A DNA stretch of 64,000 nt. Source: Tepidisphaera sp. (GTDB taxonomy: Bacteria; Planctomycetota; Phycisphaerae; Phycisphaerales; UBA1924). Of this stretch, positions 36,693-47,747 are shown piece after piece. The notes beneath the pieces are model-generated. The model ran no database searches. It saw only the letters and a program-made list of their open reading frames with translations, and was not told where the DNA came from. The position numbers and the translations under genes were made by a program. Each line of letters opens with the position of its first letter. The first letter of the stretch is position 1. The DNA is taken from the NCBI GenBank assembly GCA_050916045.1, contig CP051526.1, positions 1,056,001-1,120,000 of the forward strand, written 5' to 3'.

Positions 36693-37382
36693 TCACCGCA
36701 TCGGCCGGTCAAACAGCGAGGAGCTGACGTTCTTGCCCAGCCGCTCGGAGATGTACTCGATGATGTAGACGTTGACGTCGCGGCCGGCGAGGCGGGCCTC
36801 CTGCTCCAGCCACGCCGACCAGTACTCGTACGACGAGGTCTCGTCGAACTTCCAGTCCTCCCCCTCCTTGATGAACGTGTACCGGTACGGCAACGCCTTG
36901 CGCGTCCGCGCGCCCACCGGCTGCGCGTACGCCGTGTCCCGTCCGGCGAACTTGTAGTTCGTCAGCAGCACCCCGCTGACCTCTTCCGGGTCGCGGTCGA
37001 ACGAGTACCAACCCTGCTTGGTCGAGTGGATCGCGTACTCCTTGCCGGTCATCTTCTCCGCCAGCTTCCGCGGCAGCGCCGCCCGGATCATCGCGACCTC
37101 CACCCGGTCCACCACCGAAGCCGCGAGGATCTCGCTCTTGGTCCCGTCCAGCGCCAGCTTCAGGTTCCGCTCGTAATGATCGAACGTGCTCTGGCTCAGG
37201 ATCCGGGCGATCGTCGCCCCGTCCTTGGCTTCATTCGCCTTCGCGTGCGTGTTGATGAGCGCCTGCAAAGCCTGCTTGTCAGCCGCGTGGGCGTCGCACC
37301 CCCAAAGCCCCGCCGCCATGACCACGGAAAGCAAAGCACCCACCAACCAGCCCGCGACGCGCATGCAGTTCATGTGACGCAT
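36693..37382 (-). CDS. Hypothetical lipoprotein
   Basis: Hydrophobic leader with LWGC lipobox; FIKEGEDWKFD NTF2-like end; TATACT 6 nt before the ATG. Confidence 0.7.
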   Translation of the reverse strand: MRHMNCMRVAGWLVGALLSVVMAAGLWGCDAHAADKQALQALINTHAKANEAKDGATIARILSQSTFDHYERNLKLALDGTKSEILAASVVDRVEVAMIRAALPRKLAEKMTGKEYAIHSTKQGWYSFDRDPEEVSGVLLTNYKFAGRDTAYAQPVGARTRKALPYRYTFIKEGEDWKFDETSSYEYWSAWLEQEARLAGRDVNVYIIEYISERLGKNVSSSLFDRPMR

Positions 37383-37407
37383 GGCCGGAGTATACATAAC
37401 CTCCTCG

Positions 37408-38631
37408 ATGCTCTTGATTGCCCTCGCGCTCATCTTCGCCAGCCCCGCGACCATCCTCTCCCGCGAGCCCACCCCCCACACCCCCAACGCCGTCCTCCCG
37501 GCTCCCGCCCGCGAGCCCGCCGTCCGCGACCAGATCCAGGCCGCTCTTGACGCCATGAGCAAAGCCGTCCTCGCCGGCGACCCCAAGGCGTACGCCGACC
37601 GCGTCGCCCCACGCTCACCCTTCTTCACCGTCGAGCAGGCCGAATGGGCCAAGGATCTGCTCAAGGCCGAGACCCGGCCCGTGGCTTTCACCGCCACCGT
37701 GAAGGATGACGGCGCTGTCGACGGGAACGGCTGGGTGGGGCCCGTCCGCTTCGCTTGGACCATGCCCACCACCGGCGAAGCCAAGACCTCCAAGGAAGCC
37801 GCCGTCGAGTTCGACATCCTCATGACCCGCACCGACCACGGTGTCTGGAAGTACGCCGGCGAAGCCATGGACGCCCTCGACGCCGACCCCAAAGCCGTCC
37901 ACGCCACCATCCACTTCCCCAAGGGCGCCAAGACCCCGCCCCCCGCCGCCCGCCAGATCGCCCAAGCTTTCCCCATCGCCAAAGCCCACGTCGACGCTTT
38001 CTTCGGCCAAGCCATCGACCGCGTCGAAGAGATCCGCCTCTACGACCGCCGCGATGTCCTCCAGTTCAGCGTCTACCCCTCGATGTTCCAGACCGACACC
38101 ACCCTCAGCGGCTGGAGCGAGACGGGCCAGTCCATCAAGTTTCTGACGAACTACGCCCGCGATGAAAAAGGCTGGACCGCCGCGTTCGCTCACGAGTACG
38201 GCCACGTCGCCACGTGGAACCTCGGCGACAAAGCCGCCGCCATGCCCTGGTGGGTTCAGGAAGGCATCGCCGAGCTCGCCGCCGAAACCTACACCGGCGG
38301 CCGGGCCCGCATCGACCCGATCATCGTGGCGTGGGCCAAACGTGACGGGCTGGCGATGTGGGACGAACTCGCCGACTACCGCAAGACCCCGCAGAACAAA
38401 CGCCGCCATCCGTACCACCAGGGCCACCACATGGTCGGGTTCATCCACGACACCCACGGCCGCGAGAAGTGCATCGCGTGGATCACCTCGATGGCCAAGG
38501 GCCGCTCGGTCGATGAGGCCGCCCGCGAGGTGCTCGCCAGGCCCTTCGCCGACCTCGACCGGGCCTGGCGTGAGCACGTCGCTGCGCTGGTCGCCAGAGC
38601 CAATGCCCCCGCCGAGAGCGAGAAGAAGTAG
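37408..38631 (+). CDS. Exported gluzincin (peptidase MA-like) metalloprotein
   Basis: Signal peptide; HEYGH...PWWVQEGIAE; downstream conserved Tyr. Confidence 0.8.
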   Translation: MLLIALALIFASPATILSREPTPHTPNAVLPAPAREPAVRDQIQAALDAMSKAVLAGDPKAYADRVAPRSPFFTVEQAEWAKDLLKAETRPVAFTATVKDDGAVDGNGWVGPVRFAWTMPTTGEAKTSKEAAVEFDILMTRTDHGVWKYAGEAMDALDADPKAVHATIHFPKGAKTPPPAARQIAQAFPIAKAHVDAFFGQAIDRVEEIRLYDRRDVLQFSVYPSMFQTDTTLSGWSETGQSIKFLTNYARDEKGWTAAFAHEYGHVATWNLGDKAAAMPWWVQEGIAELAAETYTGGRARIDPIIVAWAKRDGLAMWDELADYRKTPQNKRRHPYHQGHHMVGFIHDTHGREKCIAWITSMAKGRSVDEAAREVLARPFADLDRAWREHVAALVARANAPAESEKK

Positions 38632-39588
38632 ATGACCCTCGCCAAGCCCACCGCGCGATTCCCCGTGATCGTCGGGCCCACCGCCGGCGGGAAGTCCGCG
38701 CTCGCCGTCGCCGTTGCGCACGAACTCGCCAAGCTCGGCCGCTTCGCCGAGATTGTGACCGCCGACTCGATCCAGATCTACCGCGGGCTCGACATCGGCT
38801 CGGCCAAGCCCACGCTCGCCGAACGCGCCGGTGTCCCGCACCACCTCATCGACCTCGTCGACCCCGACGGCCCCCCCTTCACCGTCGCACACTGGCTCCG
38901 CGAAGCCGAACGCGTCATCGCCGACATCCAGGCTCGCGGCGGCGTCCCCATCGTCGTCGGCGGCACCCACCTCTATGTCAAAGCGTTCCTCGATGGGATG
39001 TTCGAAGGCCCCGGCACCGACGAAGCCCTGCGCGAAGAGCTCCGCGCCCGCGGCTTGCCCGCGCTCCGCGAGGAACTCGAGCGTGTCGATCCCGCCGCCG
39101 CCGCCCGCATCCACCCCAACGACGAACGCCGCACGGTCCGGGCGCTCGAAGTCTTCCGCTTGACCGGCGCCGCCATCTCCTCCCGGCAGGAGCAGTGGGA
39201 CAAGGGCCGCCCAAGCCGCGAGGATTGCGTCCTCATCGGGCTGGACTGGCCGAGCGAACTCATCAACCCGCGCATCAACCAGCGCGTCCGCGACATGGTC
39301 ACCCTCGGGCTCGTCGAGGAAGTCCGATCGCTCCACACCGCCGGCCGCCTGGGCTCCCAAGCTCGCGAAGCCCTCGGGTACAAACAAATCCTGGCTCACC
39401 TCCAAGGCCGCTGCTCACTGACCGAAGCCATCGAAAAGGTCAAGATCGAGACCCGCAGGTTCGGCAAGAACCAGCGCACCTGGCTCAAACGACTCCGCAC
39501 GACTCCCGGTAGCGTCTGGATCGACGCGAACGAGACGCCCGCCGATGGCTGGCCGCTCATCGTCCTTCAGGCGATCGGATTGTCCTGA
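38632..39588 (+). CDS. miaA: tRNA dimethylallyltransferase
   Basis: GPTAGGKS, DSIQIYRGLDIGSAKP, VGGTHLY, IHPND.RR..RALEV, ALGYKQ. Confidence 0.96.
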   Translation: MTLAKPTARFPVIVGPTAGGKSALAVAVAHELAKLGRFAEIVTADSIQIYRGLDIGSAKPTLAERAGVPHHLIDLVDPDGPPFTVAHWLREAERVIADIQARGGVPIVVGGTHLYVKAFLDGMFEGPGTDEALREELRARGLPALREELERVDPAAAARIHPNDERRTVRALEVFRLTGAAISSRQEQWDKGRPSREDCVLIGLDWPSELINPRINQRVRDMVTLGLVEEVRSLHTAGRLGSQAREALGYKQILAHLQGRCSLTEAIEKVKIETRRFGKNQRTWLKRLRTTPGSVWIDANETPADGWPLIVLQAIGLS

Positions 39589-39591
39589 CCA

Positions 39592-41616
39592 TCAGACCAC
39601 CGCGGGAATCCGCTTGACGAACCGCTCCTGCTTTGACAGGATCTCCGTCAGTTGAGGTCGCGGCGACGAGAGCAACTGCGCCGATGTCTTGAACTGCGCC
39701 GCTTCGCTCATCCCGCGAGCCCACCATTCCAGCACCAGGCACTTGTACACCGTCGTCGGTGCCGCGGAGACACGCGTCGTCGGCTTGGCAAGCCACTTCG
39801 CCGCCGATTCCTTCAGCACGCCGTGCTCGACCAGATACCCCTTCGCAAGCTCGGAGTTGTACCGCTGGTTCAGCTTGCCGATCCACTCCGTCACCGGCGG
39901 GGTGAATCCCGACTTCGGCCGGTTCAGGACCCACTCCGGCAGATAGTCCTTGATCACTTCGCGGAACCGCGCCTTGGGCGGCAGCATGTGGTCCGCGCTC
40001 GCTTTGCGAAGCCCGATCGCCGTCTCGACCAGCCGATAGTCGACGAACGGCAAGCGAAGCTCAACCGCCCACGCCATGCTCAGCCGGTCGCCCTGCTGCA
40101 TCCCGTTCTCAAGCAGATACGTCTCGCAGATCGCCTTGGTGATCGCGACGCCCAGATCAGGCCACGGCTGCGGCAACGTGAACCAGTCCTCCGGATTCCG
40201 CCCCGTCATCCGCTCGCAGAATGAGTCCGCGAGGATCCGACGCGTCGCGTACCGCCCCATCTGGAATTCTTCGGCGATGTTGTAGAAATCAAGCACGTTC
40301 GCCGCCGCTCCCGCCGTCGGGTTCAGCGATCGCCAGCCCGAGAGGATCCCGCCCCACAGGAACGCCCAGTTCCTGAGCGATCCACGCGTCAGGTCCGCCG
40401 GGACGATCTTGCGAAGATGAGCGAAGCGGTCCTTCATCGTCCGGGGCAGACGCCCGGCTTTCCGCATCGAGCTCACCACCGCTTCGCGAACCCACCGGTA
40501 ACCCCAGAAAAGCTCGTCGATCCCGTGACCCTGAAGCAGCACGGGGATGTTGTTCTGCCTCGCCAGCCGCGAAAGCGCGTAATACCCGTGCCCCGAAATG
40601 TCCGCGATCGGATCATCCCGCATGAAGTTGCGATCCGCGAAGCAGTCGATCACTTCCTCGACGTTCACCTCGTAATCGTGGAATGGCATCTTCAGGTGGT
40701 CCGCGAGCTGCTTCGCCCGCGCACGCTCGTCGCTGTGCGGTCGTCCCGAGTATCCAATCGACAGCGCGTGGATCTGCCCCGGGCTGTTCTTTGCCGCCAG
40801 CGCCGCGACCATCCCCGAGTCAAGCCCCGCCGAAAGCGCCACGCCCACCGGCACGTCCGACCGGATGATCAGCTTGCCGATCTCTTCCAGCCGCTCGCGG
40901 ATGTGGTCCGCCGGGTTGCCCGCCAGCGCCGGAGCATCCTCCATCCGCCAGTACCGCCGCTCTTCCACGCGCCAGGGGTCAATGTCGACCACCATCATGT
41001 GGCCGGCCGGCAGCTTGCGCACCCCGACGACCGCCGTCGCCGGGTCCGGCACGTACGAGAAGTGGAAATAGTCCCGGATCGCCACCGGATCGCACTCGAA
41101 CTTGATCAGCCCGCTCGCCAGGATCGCCTTCATCTCCGACGCGAAAAGGATCCGCCCCGGCTGGTGGTACAGGTAAAGCGGCTTCTCGCCCATCCGGTCG
41201 CGAACGAGAATCACCCGCCGCAGATTCGAGTCGTACAGCGCGATCGCGTACATCCCGCGGAGTTTGTTCACAAAATCAAGCCCGTACTCCTCGTACGCGT
41301 GCACGATCGTCTCGCAGTCGCTCCCAGTCCGGAACCGATGCCCGCGAGATTCAAGATCGCGTCGAAGCTCGATGTAGTTGTACACCTCGCCGTTGACCAC
41401 CACCCCGATCGACTTGTCTTCGTTGTACAGCGGCTGCCACCCGCCGTTGAGATCGATGATCGCAAGCCGACGCATCGCCAGCAGAACGTTCGGCGCCGAG
41501 AGTTCCCCCTCGCCGTCCGGACCACGATGGAACATCGCGGCGTTGACCGCTCGAACCCGACCGTGATCTTCGGGTGAGAGAGGCGCCTGCCCGATCATCC
41601 CACAGATGCCACACAT
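39592..41616 (-). CDS. asnB: Asparagine synthase (glutamine-hydrolysing) family amidotransferase
   Basis: MCGICG, HRGPDG, RRLAIIDL, NGEVYNY, RDRMGEKPLY, LSAGLDS, ELRLPFVD. Confidence 0.92.
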   Translation of the reverse strand: MCGICGMIGQAPLSPEDHGRVRAVNAAMFHRGPDGEGELSAPNVLLAMRRLAIIDLNGGWQPLYNEDKSIGVVVNGEVYNYIELRRDLESRGHRFRTGSDCETIVHAYEEYGLDFVNKLRGMYAIALYDSNLRRVILVRDRMGEKPLYLYHQPGRILFASEMKAILASGLIKFECDPVAIRDYFHFSYVPDPATAVVGVRKLPAGHMMVVDIDPWRVEERRYWRMEDAPALAGNPADHIRERLEEIGKLIIRSDVPVGVALSAGLDSGMVAALAAKNSPGQIHALSIGYSGRPHSDERARAKQLADHLKMPFHDYEVNVEEVIDCFADRNFMRDDPIADISGHGYYALSRLARQNNIPVLLQGHGIDELFWGYRWVREAVVSSMRKAGRLPRTMKDRFAHLRKIVPADLTRGSLRNWAFLWGGILSGWRSLNPTAGAAANVLDFYNIAEEFQMGRYATRRILADSFCERMTGRNPEDWFTLPQPWPDLGVAITKAICETYLLENGMQQGDRLSMAWAVELRLPFVDYRLVETAIGLRKASADHMLPPKARFREVIKDYLPEWVLNRPKSGFTPPVTEWIGKLNQRYNSELAKGYLVEHGVLKESAAKWLAKPTTRVSAAPTTVYKCLVLEWWARGMSEAAQFKTSAQLLSSPRPQLTEILSKQERFVKRIPAVV

Positions 41617-41769
41617 GCGCTGGATCCTGGCGGCTCTGCAAAGGCCGGAACAAAGCGGAGACTCAGAGCCGCGGCCACGAACAACCGACCCCCGACGACG
41701 CTGCCGGGGATGACGCTGCGAGCCGCGCGATGTACTACACCCATTTCGACGAGCGGACGCACCCGCATT

Positions 41770-42558
41770 CTACCGCGACTCGAGCGCCGGAAGAAGAATC
41801 GGCTGCTTCAGCGGGCTGATCTCGTACAAAACCAGATCGCCCGTCACTTTCCGGAACATGTGGAGACCCTTCCCCGGCTCCGCCAGCGGCTTGTCGTTCC
41901 GGACCTTGTCCATGATCACGATCAGCTTCGTCTCTCCCTGCGTCGCCAGCAGCACCAGCGTTCCCGGACCCAAGGGTGTTCCCCAGTGGTTCGAGTATCC
42001 CCAGCCTGTCAGCGCAATCCCTGAGTTTGCCGCGAGCGAGGGCACCAGTTTGGTCCCCAGGCGGGATTCCACAAGCTGAGCAAAGAGGTCCGGGTCGTTC
42101 GGGCACACCACCGGCGGCACAAACCCGCCGTCGACCACCGCCGCATACACCTCGCCCGGCGCACGCGGTCCCCGCGGGTCCGCGGGGCTCGGCCTGAAGA
42201 CGTAAACCGCGACCAGGACGCCCACGACCGCCACCGATGCGGCCAATCCCATCCACATCCGACGCGTCCAGGAGCGAGTCGAGGGCCGGATCGAGCCCAA
42301 CACCGCTTTCTCGGACTCGGGCCCCGCGATCCGTGCCGCTATCGAAGCGGCCGCCGCCGACGGCGCGAAAGCTTCGCGAAGCGACGCTTCAATCGACCGC
42401 TGCGCCTCCACCGCCGAACGAAGCTCCGGCTCGCGCGCCAGCCGCGCCTCGAAATCCGCCAGCGCCGGGCCCGAAAGCTCGCCCGCCAGATACGCGTCGA
42501 TCAGCATCATCGCGTCGTCGGGAGTCATCGAATCGGGAGCGGGAACGGAACTGCTCAT
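41770..42558 (-). CDS. Membrane-spanning anti-sigma factor
   Basis: LIDAYLAGELS..FEARL, TM GLAASVAVV; overlaps the ECF stop (ATGA). Confidence 0.8.
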   Translation of the reverse strand: MSSSVPAPDSMTPDDAMMLIDAYLAGELSGPALADFEARLAREPELRSAVEAQRSIEASLREAFAPSAAAASIAARIAGPESEKAVLGSIRPSTRSWTRRMWMGLAASVAVVGVLVAVYVFRPSPADPRGPRAPGEVYAAVVDGGFVPPVVCPNDPDLFAQLVESRLGTKLVPSLAANSGIALTGWGYSNHWGTPLGPGTLVLLATQGETKLIVIMDKVRNDKPLAEPGKGLHMFRKVTGDLVLYEISPLKQPILLPALESR

Positions 42559-43130
42559 CCTGCCCCTCCTTTCGATGGATCCTCAAGACGCGATGCGAGC
42601 GCCTTGCGAGCGCGGAAAACATGGCTCATCGCCGTACCCTCGGGGATCTCAAGCACCCCCGAAATCTGCTGATAACTCATCTCCGCCACAACGCGCAGAA
42701 GCAGGCACGCACGCACCGTCGGTTCCAGCGTCTCCAAAGCGGTGTTCATCGCAGGGCTGAGCCCCCAAGCCTGCTCCGCCGCGTCGTGTTGCAGATCGTC
42801 CGAGGCATTCTGCCGGAGAATACGTTCGCGCCGGGCCGACGTGCGAGCCGAGTTCATCGCGACGAACCGCACGATCTGGCCCATCCATGCGATGAAGTTC
42901 GTCGTCGGGTTGAACTCCTCGATCTTCCCCAGCGCGATGACGGCCGCTTCCTGCACTGCATCCTCCGCGCCGGCCCGGTCACGCGAAACCGACGCGGCGA
43001 TGCACCACAACGCGCGCGACGACTCACGAAACCGCTCGGCAAACTGCTCGCGTGACAACACGCCTCCCGCCCCGCCCGCCTCTCGTGCGGTGGGGTTCTG
43101 TGCGGAAATGTCGGGAAGAGCTGGGTTCAT
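42555..43130 (-). CDS. ECF RNA polymerase sigma factor
   Basis: AEDAVQEA, FIAW, MSYQQIS.VLEIPEGTAMSHVFRARKAL. Confidence 0.92.
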   Translation of the reverse strand: MNPALPDISAQNPTAREAGGAGGVLSREQFAERFRESSRALWCIAASVSRDRAGAEDAVQEAAVIALGKIEEFNPTTNFIAWMGQIVRFVAMNSARTSARRERILRQNASDDLQHDAAEQAWGLSPAMNTALETLEPTVRACLLLRVVAEMSYQQISGVLEIPEGTAMSHVFRARKALASRLEDPSKGGAG

Positions 43131-43302
43131 TGCACGAGGAGAACACCTCCGCCGGATCAGGGGGATCCGCCGAACGGTTTCTGAAGGGTTTGTCCGAGAA
43201 TCCTGAAATCAAGTCCCCGGACGAGACATCGTCTGGTGCCTGGCGAGATCCCGCCACGGGCCCAATCCACGACCCGCGACCCCGCGAAGGAAGAGCGAGG
43301 AG

Positions 43303-43344
43303 GAACCGGCCGGTTGAGTTTCTCGCCGGCCGGTTCTCGTTTTT
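43303..43344. terminator. Terminator-like hairpin with T-run on the + strand
   Basis: gaaccggccgg...ccggccggttc then tcgttttt. Confidence 0.6.
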
Positions 43345-44075
43345 CACCCGACCTCTACCCCGAGCGCCTCCGCCAGCGCCCGCAAGCTCGGCACCTCGAA
43401 CGTCGGCTTGGGGACGTCCGTGACGGGCGCTCCGCTGGCTCCAAAGCCGCGCGGCCCCCGCCGATTGATCCACGCCGTCGGCATCCCCATCTCGGTCGCC
43501 GGCACCACGTCATGCACGACGCTCTCCGCCACATGGAGCACACGCTCGGCCGGCAGATCAAGCAGCGCGAGGCCCACGCGGAAGTGCCGCGGGTCGGGCT
43601 TGTAGCTGCGACAGGCCTCCGCGGTCACCACCTCCGCCAGCGGCGCGCCAAGCTTCGGCAAGACCGCTTCGAACAGATCGCCATCCACGTTCGAAAGCAC
43701 CGCGAGCCGGTACCGGCCCGACAACGCCGCAAGCACCGGCGCCGTATCCGCGAACGCAGGCCAGCGGGCCAGCGACTGCGGAAGCCTCTCCACCTCGCGG
43801 TCGACGAACGCTTTCCCGAAGTGCTCGCCGATCCCCATCATCACGTTCCGAAGCACATCCTTGTAGCAGACAAACGCCGTCGCCCGATCCGCCGTCGCCG
43901 CAGCTTCCTGCTCGCGCTCGAGCAACGCGAAAAGCCCAAGAATCTCATCGTCACCCGCCCGCACCCCGTGCACCGAAAGCACCGGCTTGACCGCTTGCAG
44001 AATCCCCGCTTCCCAGTCGATGAGCGTGCCAAAGCAGTCAAACGTCAGAGCCTCGATGCGATGCAGGTCAAGCAT
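43344..44075 (-). CDS. HAD-superfamily hydrolase (haloacid dehalogenase type II-like)
   Basis: FDCFGTLIDW, LSNVD, YKPD, HVAES..HDVVPA. Confidence 0.9.
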   Translation of the reverse strand: MLDLHRIEALTFDCFGTLIDWEAGILQAVKPVLSVHGVRAGDDEILGLFALLEREQEAAATADRATAFVCYKDVLRNVMMGIGEHFGKAFVDREVERLPQSLARWPAFADTAPVLAALSGRYRLAVLSNVDGDLFEAVLPKLGAPLAEVVTAEACRSYKPDPRHFRVGLALLDLPAERVLHVAESVVHDVVPATEMGMPTAWINRRGPRGFGASGAPVTDVPKPTFEVPSLRALAEALGVEVG

Positions 44076-44129
44076 CCCAGACTCTACGATCCCGCAGCGC
44101 CAGCAAGGGTCTTCGCGACGGGAGGAAGT

Positions 44130-44162
44130 AAAAAGGCCCGGCCTCACGCGAGGCCGGGCCTT
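44130..44162 (-). terminator. Rho-independent terminator
   Basis: aaaaa-ggcccggcctc-acgc-gaggccgggcc. Confidence 0.8.
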
Positions 44163-44221
44163 GGATTGATCGGTCGTCAAACTCGAGATCACCCTCGCTG
44201 GCGCGTCGGGCTCTGAAGGGG

Positions 44222-46543
<2,322 letters not shown>

Positions 46544-46712
46544 CTGTATTTCTCCAGTGAAATGACCGAACCTATGGGCGTACCGCTCGCCCGGGCATTG
46601 GATGCCCCGAAGGGCTTCCCGGGCGAGGAATCCGTGAGCGTAAGCCTGCTTTGTCCGCCAACGCAAGCCCCCGAGCGGGCCACCCCCCGCCCGGCTTGCG
46701 ACCACCCCGGAC

Positions 46713-47693
46713 CTACTGCACCAACCCCTTCGTCAGCCGCATGAACGCCGTCTCCAGGTTCACGGGCTCCTCCATGAACTTCGTCACCCGGAACCCCTTG
46801 TTCACCAGCACGTTCGGCAGGTCGTAGTACTGCATCGCCCCGCCCGAAGCACCCGCGCTCGCCGCTTCGTCAAAGTCGACCTGGATGATCTTCGTCACCC
46901 GGTCGTTGACGTCCGCATCCTGCACCGCCACCTTCTTGACCCCGGGGAACTGCTGGATCAGCTTCGCCGCTTCCTCCGTCCGGTCCAGCACCGCCACGTG
47001 CACCACATGCCCCATCTTCGCCCGGCGCACGATCTCCGCGACCGGCCCGTTGAACAAAAGCTGCCCGCGCTCGATGATCCCCACCACGTTGCACAACTCC
47101 GCCAGTTCCGGCAGGATGTGCGAAGAGATCAGGATCGTCTTCCCCATCCGCCGAAGCTCCTTCAAGAGCTCGCGCATCTCGATACGCGCCCGAGGATCAA
47201 GACCGCTCGCCGGCTCGTCCATCAGCAGCACCTTTGGATCGTGCAGAAGCACGCGGGCGACGGAAAGCCGCTGCTGCATACCGCGCGACAACCCGTTCAC
47301 CTCGGCGGTCGCTTTGTACGTCAGCTCCGTGAGCTCAAGAACATCCTTCACGACCTTCTTCCGCTGCGACCCGTGGATGTTGTACGCCGCGGCGAAGAAC
47401 TCGAGATACTCCGTGACCACCATGTCCTCGTACGCACCCATGAAGTCCGGAACGTACCCGATCATCGGGCGGATCTGCCGGTTCTGATACCCCACCGTCA
47501 GCCCCGCGACGTTCGCCTGACCGCTGCTCGGCTTGAGAAGCGTCGCCAGGATCTTGATCGTCGTCGTCTTCCCCGCTCCGTTGGGCCCGATGAAGCCGAA
47601 GCAGTCCCCCTCGTTGATCGTCAGGTTCAGGTTGTTGAGCGCGACGAGCTCGCCGTAGCGCTTGGTCAGGTTGATCGTTTCGATCATCGGCAC
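46713..47693 (-). CDS. ABC transporter ATP-binding protein (ABC-2 type)
   Basis: GPNGAGKTT, LSRGMQQR, DEPASGLDP, SSH. Confidence 0.95.
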   Translation of the reverse strand: MPMIETINLTKRYGELVALNNLNLTINEGDCFGFIGPNGAGKTTTIKILATLLKPSSGQANVAGLTVGYQNRQIRPMIGYVPDFMGAYEDMVVTEYLEFFAAAYNIHGSQRKKVVKDVLELTELTYKATAEVNGLSRGMQQRLSVARVLLHDPKVLLMDEPASGLDPRARIEMRELLKELRRMGKTILISSHILPELAELCNVVGIIERGQLLFNGPVAEIVRRAKMGHVVHVAVLDRTEEAAKLIQQFPGVKKVAVQDADVNDRVTKIIQVDFDEAASAGASGGAMQYYDLPNVLVNKGFRVTKFMEEPVNLETAFMRLTKGLVQ

Positions 47694-47747
47694 GTGTGGT
47701 TCGCTCCCGGGCGGATGCCCGTGTTGGTCGTCGTTGAAACTGAAGCG

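Noticed and set aside
39592..41616. Lasso-peptide cyclase or RiPP cluster
   Set aside because: It retains the N-terminal Cys glutaminase domain, and there is no adjacent precursor, B protein or RRE gene.
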